Shown here: positions 13,847 to 26,781 of the stretch, one piece after another
Numbering within the stretch: position 1 is the first letter of the stretch
How the letters are laid out: each line of letters starts with the position of its first letter
Assembly: GCA_050084985.1 (NCBI GenBank)
Contig: JBITNC010000001.1
Coordinates: 496,001-560,000, forward strand
Length of the DNA: 64,000 nucleotides
Direction: 5' to 3'
DNA from: Nageia nagi
Lineage: Eukaryota; Plantae; Pinophyta
Position numbers and translations under genes: made by a program
The notes under the pieces: generated by a model
Seen by the model: the letters and a program-made list of their open reading frames with translations, nothing else
Told to the model about the DNA's origin: nothing
Database searches by the model: none

Positions 13847-16125
13847 ATTCATAGGGATCATACCAAGCATAGAAGTAATATGAAGATGGATGGATAAAAA
13901 TTGGATGACTCTACTACATGAAGTCCATGACTCTTGTTAACCACTATATGAATTCCATACATTAGTCAAAGACTCTAGTAGCTATGCTTTTTCACATCAA
14001 TATCTCTAACATGTTATAGGTAGAAGAAATTAGTACGTTTTCTTTGTTGGTGGTTCAATTTGGACATATACATGGAAAAATAATTATCTCCAATAGTATA
14101 ATCCTCTCAGAAATAATGGCATTCAAAACATTTCATGATATACACTTTGTAATCAAGTGTCTTCCTCTTATTATGTTCATTTTAAGTAAGTGGATGATTT
14201 TTTATAGATCTACATGTATGTCTTCTTGTATATGTTACATGAAAATGTTGCATTCTATAATTAATCAATTTGAGCATTTCTCTTTTACAATATGGTATCA
14301 TAATTTATAACCTTATGAACTAACTATATATTATGATTTTTCTATCTTCCTATTCAAGAATTTATCTCTTCCATACTTATGTCAAGCAATATGATTGCAT
14401 GGATTGTAATAATTTGCATAATAAGTATGAATTTATCTAAAGTGATGCTAATATATGATATAAAGATGCATAAATGCATTCAAAATTATTCAATTAGGCC
14501 TACATAGATCTCCTCCAAATATGTGCACCTCAAAAAGAGATTAAAGCTATCAAAAAACAACAATATACATACTTTAAATATGGATGAAGATAAATTAGGT
14601 TAGAATATAGATCATACAAATCTTGAAAAAATATCAAATAGCCTCACAATAAATAATAGTAGAAACTATACATTATAATATATATATGTATTTATATATC
14701 TATATATTACTAAAGTAGAAGAATATAATAGAATTTCTTCATATAATCAAGTGGAGATTACTCTCAGCCAATTAAGATTTTCTCACCCTATTCAAGATCA
14801 ATAACCTACTCTAATACCATATTGAAAATATTGAATCCACTTAAATCACTTTGCATTATTTCATATAAATAGAAAGATATAATATAAAAATAGATAAGCA
14901 ACTTTGATCATGTTATTGTAGCAACACACGCTAAAATATAATGTACCCACTAGACATGACATGTAGTTAAGATACTAATATATTAAAACTCTCTAATAAT
15001 TAACATTTCTAACAATAATTAATTTCACTAACAAGAAGATGAGACAATCACTCTCCTAAAAAAATGTTAATATTTTGGGGACCAAAAGCCTCTTAGTTAC
15101 AGAGGTGTAATCCAAATCAATCATGAGAATAAAAATTAAACATCAATAGAGTGAAGATTTATTTGAATTATTTTTTTCTACAAACTAATAATTTATCACT
15201 AACATTAGACCATAATTGAGCACCCACCCTTGGAAACATAAGAATTGTGATCTCATTTTTCAAATTTGGCTTCCTAGGCATCATTTTATGTTAAATATGT
15301 ATTTAATTGACTATTTTTTATCTATTTATTAAGCACCAATATTAAATTGAGAATCGATACTAGATGATCATAATGGATTTTGTGGAAGTCAGACCATCAC
15401 AAAAAAATTCATGGAATAAAAATAAAGTTCAAACAGCATTTGGATGTGGGGAAATGGGATGAAAATATTAAAACATCCTTGATTAAGTTTTTGAGAGGCT
15501 AATTAATAATAATGAACCTATTCTAGTACATTTTTTGTTCTTATTGAAGATTGACAGTTGGGAAGTATTTTCAAAGTTGATATTTGGTTAATCTTAGAAT
15601 GTTGATGACTATTAGAGTTTTTGATGCAAGTGCTAGCTAGTATTTGGCTAGAACATATAAGCTAACTATGGTTATAATCCATTCCTTTTGATCTAAAATA
15701 ATAAAATCATAAATTATTTAAAGTGGATGTTCCCCACATTAGGGCTTTACCAATATAAAATTGGGTGTCATTATGTGCATGTGGATTTATTAGTTCTATT
15801 TTTATTTACTTCACTAAACCAATAAATTCCATAAGAGATACTTTATTTATGTTTGGTTAAATAAGAAAATAATTAAAAGTTAAAAATTTGTACTTGATAA
15901 TCCAAAAAATCATAGCTTACTAATGATTACAGATCTCATAGTATAGAGAAAGTTTATTAATGGGCATTATTGATTTTGACCTATGGTGTTAAGAGGAGTG
16001 ATTATTTTGACAATGCTTGTTATTTGGAAAGTGTGTTTTTATATTTATACAATGAGTATAAAAACAATATTGATTGGAGAGCTATAAGGCAGAGTTTTAT
16101 AATTAGAAAAAATACTACAATATAT

Positions 16126-17596
16126 TGAAAGAATTTAAAGTTCCATGTTTGAATTCCATTCAATAGTTTGTCTTCCTCCAATGACTATTATCAACCTACT
16201 AGCTTTACTTTTGCTACAACCATGTTGTTGAGCTTCTTAATGCTCAAAGATCTGATATTGGATTGATGTAGGTCTAATTTTGTACTTAAGTATGGATGCC
16301 CACATTCTCTAACTTTCTAGGTGCTCTATTTATGTTTTTGCCTAATTCTCTAAGTGGATCTATAATCCATCAGACCTCTTGGAGTCTTCAACACTCCATT
16401 TTTTTCTTGTATAAATATGAATATTATTTTCCATTTTAATTTTATGCTTTTATTGTAATGTTATATTGCCATTTTTCTCTAACAAAAGCATTCATAAGTA
16501 CTCTACAACTCTCTTGTGATTATGTATTTTTATTCTCAAGCTTGTATGCTTGTGAAAATACTTTATAGATCTTTCTAACAATTGACAAAGTATATTCCAA
16601 GGTTATATTTATATGATTTGGGATATTTTAACTATGTAGGTACTTGTTTTTTTACCAATTTAAGTAATAGATATTTATGTTTTTGTGATTGTGCCAAACT
16701 ACCTTATTTTGGATCAATTTTTCTTATAGGAGCTATAACTTTTGTTATAGATATCCTTTTTGTGTGATTCATTTTATGTTATAAAGGTTAATTCAATACC
16801 TTTTTAACCACATATAATATACCATACTTCATTTGCATATCGACTCAAAAATAATAAAATATAAACCTACACTTTTGTAGTCTTGTTATTGAGCTTCGAG
16901 GATTCATTTTCCTTCTCTAAATATTTCTAAACCTTTAGCATTGGATATATAATTTTATTTTGATTAATTTTATGGGTCATAGTGATAGGTTTTGTAAATA
17001 AATGACCAAGTTACAACCTTCCAAATTTAGCCTAGTAAACCAATCTAGGTCCAATCTACCCCCTAGAAAAATTTTGCTAACATCATCATCCTCCAATGTT
17101 TAAGAAAGCATATTTTGGCTTATTTTTGGGTGTTATACCCATATTTTTTATATTAATACCTTCATACCTTTTGTTAAAAGCATTTTTGATGTCATTTTAC
17201 ATTAATGAAGCACATTTTACACCCATAAATCATATTTCCTCCTTATGACATCACTTCACATCTAGGAAAGTGGATTTTTTAGCTTGTGGTCAAATTTAGA
17301 ACTTAGTTCTATTGATGTAAAATCCTTTGGAATCCTATAAAATCCTATATAATATCATTTCATACTTGAATAGGATTTTAGACCCTGATAAGCTCATGCA
17401 AGGCTCATATTACTTAGAAATTGACCCAAAAATTCAAATTGATAACTGTTGGAAATATATTTTTATGCTCTATCCAACTATAAGGTTAAATTAATATTTA
17501 GGAAAAATTTGGTTTGTCTAAAAATGTCTAAAAATTTTGGTATCATTTTTATCCCTAGTTCATAGCATTTACATACTTGGAGTTTCAAAGCTCTCA
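16126..17596 (+). repeat. LTR related to Copia A LTRs, followed by PBS (17599-17606) and a short gag-like remnant
   Basis: Starts TGAAAGAATTTAAAGTTCCATGTTTGAATTCC (cf. 5748); colinear over ~1.4 kb; ends CA-AT-TGGTATCA. Confidence 0.85.
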
Positions 17597-17616
17597 ATTG
17601 GTATCATATCATAAAT

Positions 17617-17950
17617 ATGGAGTCTATGCCTAAAAATCTTCAGATATGGCTAAATAAATGGAGGAATTGAAGGCTCAAGTGAGACTAGATTTCCATCCAT
17701 GTGTTGGTAAGAATAAGAGTAATTCTACTTCTTCACATGTTGAGGAGAAAAAGAATCAAGATCATGGTACAAGCAAAAATATCCCTAAGATAAAATATCA
17801 TGGAGATAAGATAAAAGAAAAGCTTAGGAATCCTTCCATAATGAACAAGGATATCAAGAAGAAATCATTTTGTTCTCATTACATGAAAGTGACCATTATC
17901 AGAATGGATGTTGGTAACTTCATCCTAAATTACAACATCCATGTATGAGT
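17617..17950 (+). pseudogene. Short gag-like remnant with degenerate zinc knuckle
   Basis: KKKSFCSHYMK / DHYQNGCW*LHP across a frameshift resembles CX2CX4HX4C-WxLHP. Confidence 0.45.
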
Positions 17951-18275
17951 TTGAAATATGGAAACAAAAATAAAATGATATCCCCTCCCAATGAACCAAT
18001 GAGAATAGGCTGGGAAGCACGAAGATAGCTTAATAATAATAAATGGAAATAAATTAATACTATAATGCAAAAGGAAGGGTAGGGGGAATAATGAATGATG
18101 TTGGTCAAATTGAGCAAGTTTAATATCAAAATATGATGATGGTGGAATGGAGAAGAATATTTCTTATTTTGGAATTTGTTATCTATCTTTATGATCCTCC
18201 ATAGTTAGTATCTTGAAATAGTAGATTAAATAATATTATTTTTAGTATAGTATATATTAACAAATACACTATATA

Positions 18276-18732
18276 TGTTGGAGTTTTAACCTAATATTCT
18301 CAACAAAATATAAATAATTCAACATTTTTCTCTATGATTGGCTTGTATAGATATTATAGTGATTGATCATCTAATCCTATCTGACCATTGGACTACCAAT
18401 CCACTCTAACTAACTAGTTAGTTTGATGCATACCAATTCATATCCAAAGATTGAAAGATTTTTAGTTATTTATCATTTTTTTTCTTGTTTGGTAATTATT
18501 TTAATATGGATTATGGTTGTAAACATCTAGAATATGTAGGAATATAGTGTAGTTATTTTAATATTCAAAAGGATTTCAGAGTGTTTTTTAGTTGATTTAG
18601 TTAGTTGTATAATTTATATAAATCCATTCTCATAATAGTCATTTTGTATTCAAGTTTTATCAAATAACTATATATATATATATATATAATTCTCTCATTT
18701 TTAGTAATAGATCAATAAGAATATGATTTTCA
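18276..18732 (+). repeat. 5' LTR of Copia B (contains (TA)10 at 18669-18688)
   Basis: Colinear with 42780-43231. Confidence 0.88.
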
Positions 18733-18848
18733 TTATAGTATCAAAGCTAGATTGGTATTTTTAAGTTAGAAAGCTTGTGGGTACTTTGTAAGAGTTTATC
18801 AAGTTCTTTCAAAAGGGAAATCCAAAGATTCTTATTGTGGAAAGCATA

Positions 18849-19618
18849 ATGGCTATCAATAATAACTCATGGCCAATGCTATAATTCAAAGGTGAGGACT
18901 ATGAGTATTGGATTATAAAAATGAAAAGTATACTCATAAGTAAATTCTTTTGGGACATTGTAGAAGATGGCTACAATGAACCTACTGATTGAAACACTCT
19001 CCAAAGAGTTGAGAAGACTACAAGGAAAGATGCATAAAAGAAGAATACTTGTGCACTCTATCATATTCAATTAAGCTTGGACAAAAGCATTTTTCCAAGA
19101 ATTGATTTATGTACTAAAACAAAATAAGCTTTGAAATCCTTGGTAATGAATATTAAGGGAGTGCACAAGTGAAGCAAGTCAAGCTTCAAACTTTGAAAAG
19201 AATTTTAAAACTCTTAAAATGAAATATGGAGAAAATATTGGACACTATTGTGTTATGATGAAGGCTTGTATGAATAAGATGCAAACTCTTAGTGAAGAGA
19301 TGAATAATGAAGTTTTTGTAAAGAAAGTGTTGAGAAAACTTCTCCCAAAATGGAACCATGTAGCAATCATAATTAAAGAGAGCAAGGATATTTCTTTTCT
19401 TGATTATAATCAATTGATTAGTTTACTAATATCTCATGAAGAAATACTAAAATATTTACATCTCCAAATTTTGGTGGTGTTCAAGAAAAAGCTTTTGCAT
19501 CGAAGGAGGGTGAAGCTAGTGCAAGTGGACATGGAAGAGTCCATATAAGGGGTCATTCTCCTTCAAAAGGTAGAGGTAGAGGAATAAGAGGTACTACCCA
19601 AGGAAGAGGATCAAGAGA
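18849..19618 (+). pseudogene. Copia B gag, 5' part
   Basis: MAINNNSWPML*FKGEDYEYWIIKMKS..; UBN2-like KKVLRKLLPKWNHV; RG-rich tract just before the insertion of C. Confidence 0.85.
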
Positions 19619-20062
19619 TCTAGAATTTATAATGTAATATTGTGTAATATTTCTCTTTATATAAATTCACTTAATGCTTAAAGTATCTTTAGATACCTTA
19701 AAGTATTAAGGAAATAAAATAGGAATAGGATTAAAAATAAGTAAAGAATTAAGTATAGAAAGGGGATTAAATATAGAGTGGGTTTCTTCTTATAAATAAA
19801 GAAAACCCCCTATCTCATTTTTGTACAATTTTTATGCAAGATTTGCTATAGGTTTAGATTTTGAAGAGAGAAGAGAGATTTTGTAAGAGAGGTCCTTGAG
19901 AATAGAAGATCTTAGTTAGTGGACATACTCCCAAAGAGGGAGGAACCATTTTATATCTTATGTTATTAGTGAGATTGGCTTGAGTTATTATGTTGATATT
20001 ATTAATGCCTTCTTGATATCTTGGTAGATTAGAATTTAATTCAGAAAGGGTTAATTTCTTCA
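19619..20062 (+). repeat. 5' LTR of Copia C
   Basis: Matches 31446-31523 joined to 37750-38102. Confidence 0.88.
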
Positions 20063-20652
20063 AGTGGTATCATAGCTTTTCTTAGAGGCTCCTCTTCAAC
20101 ATATTTGAAGGTCATTCCTCTTCTTTCTCTATCTACTTTATTGAGGTAAAAAGGGCTTGAAGGTATAATCTCCCTCTTACCATGTTCATTATTAAATTTT
20201 GCTAATATTACTAACCATTTTTTGGTTCTTTGATTATAAAGTTTTGTTTTGTAAAATTTGTTCAAAGTAGATATTATTGCCATATTTTTTGTTATACTAA
20301 CATGTTAGTTCAATTTTTTATGCTATTGCTATGCATTACCTTTTACTAACAATAGTTTGTTAGTTGCAATTTTTTTAAGTAAAAATTGCTTAATGTGTAG
20401 CAATAATATGTTTTAAGTGAATTTGCTTAAATTTAGCAATAATAAGTTATTATAGCTTAAATTTACAAGTTTCTACTTAGTGTAGAAATAGTTAAAAGTT
20501 TTGCGATTTTTTTATAGATATAATGTTATTATTCCAAATTATTTTTACAATACTAGTATGCTTGTAAAAATCAAATTTCATGCATGCAAAGCTTGATAGT
20601 TTTAAAATATATATATATATTAAATACTATATTTTTAAAAAACTATATAGAT

Positions 20653-20974
20653 TGCGAGAACTATAATGTTCTCTATTACTCATAAAAAATGAGTTACATA
20701 TATAGGCTTTGTGAAAGCCAGTACAAGACAAAATAAGAAGTTGAGGATAATATTCTCAACCCATAACAAAACTCTAACTTCACACTATATGTATCACCTT
20801 TAGATCACTACATGACAAATTACTTGTTGTAACAATAAACCACAAGGAATATACCCTAAATATTTAATCCTAGACTTTAGACTTTAGGAAAATACTTTAG
20901 GGAAAATACTCTTAATCCTAATTAATTAATCTATTAACTTAGGACTTAGGCATATGTAGGATATAATTCCAACA
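20653..20974 (-). repeat. 3' LTR of element D
   Basis: Near-identical to 24678-24998; minus strand reads TGTTGGAA...CA. Confidence 0.95.
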
Positions 20975-21012
20975 TTCTCCCCTTTAATGCTAAGTAACTC
21001 ATGCAAGAGTTC

Positions 21013-21411
21013 TTAAGCATTACAAAGTTGAAAGAAACATAAACTTTTTTGTTTCCTCCAATCATACAAAAGAAAATCAAAATTTTCAAGAAATAAGTGG
21101 TAGCACTCCTTCCACTCTCTAAGTGGGATCTCCTCCATTGTTGATGTTGCTCCTCCATTGAGTGCCTCCTTTTGTTGAGTAGCTCCCCCTTCAACAAAAT
21201 TCTCTCCATATGTGATCTTAATCAACCACTCTTTTTCACCTCTTGGATGGTATTCAAACCATGCTTTTAGTGACATTCCAACAATGCTATACGTATTGGT
21301 TTTCAAGAACCAATCTCTCTCACAATGGTGTTTGAACCATTCTTTCATCTCTTTCTCATTTTTTTGTATGGTGTTTAAACCATGTTTGCAAGTAGTCATT
21401 TGCTCTTGCAT
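21013..21411 (-). pseudogene. Frameshifted C-terminal continuation of the element D ORF (unknown function)
   Basis: 132-aa ORF overlapping the end of the 515-aa ORF and repeating its motifs (WFKHH, WFEYH, WLIKIT). Confidence 0.5.
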
Positions 21412-22980
21412 TCATTACATCATAGCATACTCTACATGAGTATGTTCTCATCATTTCACAATAATCATTATACCACACTACTCTCTCACAAATGTCTACA
21501 CACACTTTGAGAAAATACATGGCCACACATTGGCTAATTACATATGCAACTTTGAGTTGCTCCTCACACAAAGTTTCACTCAAAAAATCACACCTCACTA
21601 AGATTTTACAATCATCACTTGGATCCACATGATCCAATTTTTTCATCAATGTCTTCTCCCAAGGAAGACTCTTCAATGTTGTCTCCATGATGCAATCCTC
21701 AAGCAATGCCTTGATAAGACATTCTCCTCCATTCTCCATAGCCTTCAACCTATCCTTCACACATCTAATCAGCAAACATTCATTAGTAGCATTAGCAAAT
21801 AAGCCAAAAAATAAGAAATCATTTCCTCTAATGATGTTTTGGTGAGTAGATATCCATATTAATCTTTCCTTTGATGTTGCTTTTAAAGAAATCATTTCTT
21901 CATTCATGATAAAGAATTCCCATGATTCCTCTTTGCATATTGTTATTTTTATAAGACAACTCTCAATATATTTTGATGCCTCCATTTCATCATGAAGTCC
22001 ATCAATGGCTATCTCATTATCTTCTATCTCCTCCTTGAGATAGTCATCTTCATTCTCCACTCTTGATAAGTGGTCTTCTCCATTGAGGATGAAGTTAATA
22101 GCCTTCATCTCATCTTCATCAATGATCTCTCTTGGATCATTATCCCATATTGTCTTCATAAGACAATCATCATGTTGTGCTTCCTCCATGAAGCATTCCT
22201 CATCTTCTCCTCTCTTCTCAACAAGAAGAAGATTCTCACATACACTCTCCTCCTTGAGAGTTTCTTCTTGGTGATCTTCACATTGGGTGTCTTCACCATC
22301 AACTTGAGCAATGGAATCATCATCACATATGATTTGAGCCTTGTCTTCATTCACTCCATGTGAGTGAGTTTCATCTACTCCATGTGAGTAGTTTTCAGCC
22401 ATGGAACACTCCTCCTTGAGGGTGTTTTCATCTTGTTCTTTATCAAAAAAGAACTCTTGCCAACATTGGTTTGACTCCTCCTCATTCTCCATCATAAGAA
22501 TGGGTTCACAATATGCCTCTTCCATAAAGCATTCATCATCATATGGCTGAAATGGTGTCTTCAATGAACACTCTTCAAATGTCTCCTCCATAAGACATGG
22601 ATCATCACAAGGCCAATCTAATTCCTCTCCAAGGAATTCTCCTTCATAGTTTTCATCATATGTGTCTTCATAATATTCTCTCAATGCTTTCCAAGCAATT
22701 TGGGTTGTTTTACATTTTGCAATGAAAGGTAAAACATTTGGTTTCATTCCTCTCCTAATATCCATAAGAGCTAAGCAATTTTCATATTGCTTCTCTTTCT
22801 TCTCTCTTTTTTCCTCTCCTTCAAGCAAGTTCCAATTTGGAGGTTCTTCATAGCCTTCAATGGTGATGTCCCAAAGACCTTTGCCAATGAGTAATGTCTT
22901 CATTTTGATAGACCAATACTATATTCTTCACCATTGAACTCAGGAATTGGCCATGAGTCTATGTTGCTATTTGAAGCCAT
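21356..22980 (-). pseudogene. Copia Gag N-terminus (DUF4219/UBN2-like) fused to a long acidic Cys-repeat region; 1-bp frameshift near 22920
   Basis: MASNSNIDSWPIPEFNGEEY/WSIKMKTLLIGKGLWDITIEGYEEP...AWKAL, followed by about 430 aa of E/D-rich repeats; 515 aa are open from 22903. Confidence 0.8.
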
Positions 22981-24677
22981 TCTACAATGCTTGAATGCAA
23001 AAATTTGCAAAAAATACACACTCTCTGGTTTTACACAGTGCTGCAGAATAATAACAGAGAGAAAAAAATAGTCACTTTTTTTTTTTACTCTAACAGCTTC
23101 TCTCACTATTCTCTTAGTCTCCCAATCTACAACACAGGATTCTTTACACCTTCACAGGTCTGGTGTTCCTCTTTGGTGAGGATGGGAGCCTATCTTTGCT
23201 CACAGGTTGACTATAACCATGAGCCACCAAATGCGAGCCAGCACTACGTGAATAAAAAAAAGTTGATTCACTATTTTACAACAAACATCTCCTCCCAGTG
23301 TGAATGTCACCTCCCAGCATATGTTCCTCCTTCACGCAGGTAACTTTTTCTTCTTGCGAATGGTTAAACATTCCCAGGTGTTTTTCCACAGCCCTGACAG
23401 CATCTATTATAACATCGACCTCCTCCACATGAGAGCTTCTAACCTCCTCTGTGCTAGTCTCCTCTGCACGTCTCCTTCGTAGGTCTCCTCCACACTGCCT
23501 TCACGTCTCCTTATTTCATGCATCTATGAGCTACAGACCATGTAAATGGTTTTCTCCTTCGTGAGCAATAGACACAAAATGTCTCCTCCTCTAGCTCCTT
23601 CAGTGCACGATTTGGTGAGCTTCAAAGCACATGAACGTGTGCAGCTTCATCTCCTCTGCCTTCACACACATGAAACCTCTACGCGAGTAGCTTCAAACAC
23701 CATGCACCATGTAATGTCTTTCCTTCAGCTCCTTCATGCACCTCTATGAGCTCCTTCATGCATGAAATGTCTCCTCTATGCATGTTTCCTCCTCGTGATA
23801 GACCAAATCTATGTGTTTTTTTCTTCTTCAACTCCTTCATGCTACAAACCACGTATAGCATGCTAACATCTTCTCCTCCTCCGTGCAGATCACGATCAGT
23901 TTCAGATCACCAAAGATATGGTTTTCCTCCTCCTTCACATGAACATCCTCTCCACCTCTGTGCAGATCATGATCAGTATCAGATCACCAAGGATACGGCT
24001 TTACTCAATGACATTGATGTAAGGGCCAAGCTTCATGCATGCACAGCCTTCTCCTCATGCTGCATTAGCTCTATGCAGGTTTTCTCATAGCGCGTGAGCA
24101 CCTTCACAAATGTCTCCTCCTTGAGCTTCATGTCTCCTCACGTGAATAACAACCTTACGTCTCCTTCTCCGTGAGCAACGCATCACCTTCACATCTAATG
24201 TGCTCTGGTCTCTATCGTGTAGGCCTTCATAAATGCACTCGCAATCCTCAAATCAGCAACGTACTCCTTCAACACTACCTTCGCTTTCTCCCCATGACTT
24301 AGAGCCACCTCCTTTACATCCTTCCTCATGGATTAGCAATGATGCACTGCATACTTCCTCCTCCATGTGGGTCAGCATTACGCGGGACTTCTCCTCTCTG
24401 ACCTCTGCTGCTTCAGAAATGAATGTGCAGTCTCCTTTTCATCTGGCTGCACATGCTTCTAAATGCAGGCTCTCCTTTCTGTTGTTTGTGGGTTTCCTTC
24501 AAACCTCATGCAACTATTTTTTTTCATAGGCTTTGGATATCACACTTGCAAGAATTTGATAAATTCTTTGCAATGCATCCACAAGCTCAATTGATGACAG
24601 TCCTTGAGGAGCTTGATAAGATCCTTCAAGACTTCACCCACTCTAACCCATATAATCAAATCAGCTCTGATACCAAT

Positions 24678-24998
24678 TTAGAGAACTATAATGTTCTCTA
24701 TTACTCATAAAAATGAGTTACATATATAGGCTTTGTGAAAGCCATTACAAGACAAAATAAGAAGTTGAGGATAATATTCTCAACCCATAACAAAACTCTA
24801 ACTTCACACTATATGTATCACCTTTAGATCACTACATGACAAATTACTTGTTGTAACAATAAACCACAAGGAATATACCCTAAATATTTAATCCTAGACT
24901 TTAGACTTTAGGAAAATACTTTAGGGAAAATACTCTTAATCCTAATTAATTAATCTATTAACTTAGGACTTAGGGATATGTAGGATATAATTCCAACA
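24678..24998 (-). repeat. 5' LTR of element D
   Basis: Lies 2 bp from the PBS; near-identical to 20653-20974. Confidence 0.95.
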
Positions 24999-26781
24999 TA
25001 GATTTAGTTTTTTTAAAAACTATTTTTTTTATTTTATTAAAAACATTTTTTTAAAATAAAACAAACAAACAAACCACCCTAACCCCTAGGTGTGTGTGGC
25101 ATAGACCAACTAGCCCGAGGGCCCCTATGGGGGACGTGTGGCATGGTCAATCGGTTTGTGACCCTTGGGCACATGATGCAACACAGTTGGCCCACAACCC
25201 TTAGGCTTGCTTGCCAACCTAGCTAGCCCACGGTAGCGAGGGGTACCCCATCCCTCAATTTTTTTGTTTTGAATTAAAAAATTAAAAAAATGAGTTAATT
25301 TTTTTAAAAAAAAGGGGGGTGTTTTTCCATTTAAGAAATGGTGGCATTTTTTTTAAAATAGGTTTTTTTTTTAAAAAAAAAAAAGGGGGACATATTTTTT
25401 GGCCTTTTTTAAGGAATCGTTTTCAAAGGGGAGAATTGTTTTTAGAAATGTGTGGACTTTCTATTTTTAAGTATAAGCTAAAAAACTTTTTGGCTAATTT
25501 CTTTTATTATAGGCATTTTTTTAAGCTAATATTTCTTTATTTGCTAAAATTATTATTTTAACCTTTAGTACAAATTATAATAAGGGATTTTATTAATCAT
25601 GCATTTAAAACAAAAAGGGGAGAATATTTTTGAATACATGGTTAATATTTTATCTTAATGCATAATACACACATGTGGATGGATAAAATTTATTTTTTCA
25701 CGATTTAATATTTTTTCCTAATGCATGATTATTGCTATGTGGATAAAATTTAAATTATATGGTTTTTTTATTTTTTATTTTTTCCTAGTGCATGTGGATG
25801 GATAAAGTTCTCTTAAATCTTTTTGCCTATAAATATTTTGATTATAAATTGCAAATAAGGAATTATTTTTAAATCCATTTTTTTAAGTAACAAGGGAGAG
25901 AATTCCTTAATTTTTGATAATGAACCTTTATATAGAGATCCATTAGGGGTTGTAACAAAACCCATTGGAATCTTAGGCTCATTTGTTGTTACTTAAAATT
26001 AATCAACTTTTGCAAAGAGATTCATTAGGGGTTGTAACGAAACCTATTGGACTCTTTAGTTTATACTTATGGATGATGTTGGATGTAGTTTATTTTTAAA
26101 GCACTTTATTTATTTTTCCCTTTTACTTTATATACAAAATATATAAACATTAAAAATTTCTTACTCTAAAATGAAAACATCCGTACATTTATTCTACAAC
26201 ATGACTTATTTGGGGAGCTATGAGGTGAGGATAAGGTATACTAGAGCTTTGTAATTCAACAATCCAAGTGGTGAAATGTTTGTACTTCTTAATTGCTCCT
26301 AATTCTTCTGTTGGTCTAGATTTAACTCCATATAGGTGAAAAGGTATGTTTGTAGTGATACCACATGTCCACCCATCCATTTAGAGATTAGCTTGATAAC
26401 CTAGGAGGAAAAATGAAAACTTAATCAATATACTTAATTTAGTTGATCCAACATACTTCACAACATTATAAAATAGCTAATACTTCTCCTTATGAGATTT
26501 TATTGCTACCCAAGGTGAACTGGTTGAGGATTAGTAGGACCTAGGCTCTATCTTGCAGGCATCCAAGTGAAGGCTTAATTTTAGATAAGAAAACAAACCT
26601 CAACTCTTTCCTCTTTATAATTATACTTGGTGAAAAAGATGTTGGATGTCTAATTTTAATTCTTTTAACAATTTAAGCATTTGATTTGTTGATTAGTTCA
26701 ACATGTTTTTGTATGATTAATATTTATAAATTTAACATGTATGCTTACATTTTTCTATCTCTTTTCATATTTTTTATAGCA

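Larger units (their letters stand above)
20653..24998 (-). mobile_element. Young non-autonomous (pol-less, gag-only / TR-GAG-like) LTR retroelement D nested in the C leader
   Basis: LTRs of 322 and 321 bp differ at about 5 positions; perfect TSD TAGAT (20648-20652, 24999-25003); perfect minus-strand PBS at 24664-24675; PPT at 20975-20984; no PR/INT/RT/RH motifs seen. Confidence 0.95.

Noticed and set aside
14808-15260. Minus-strand PBS-like ACTCTAATACCA with a putative adjacent LTR
   Set aside because: Only a 10/12 match, with no partner LTR or clear gag found; insufficient support.
22987-24710. Several plus-strand 60-118 aa ORFs within element D
   Set aside because: Antisense translations of the repetitive leader with no homology signatures.
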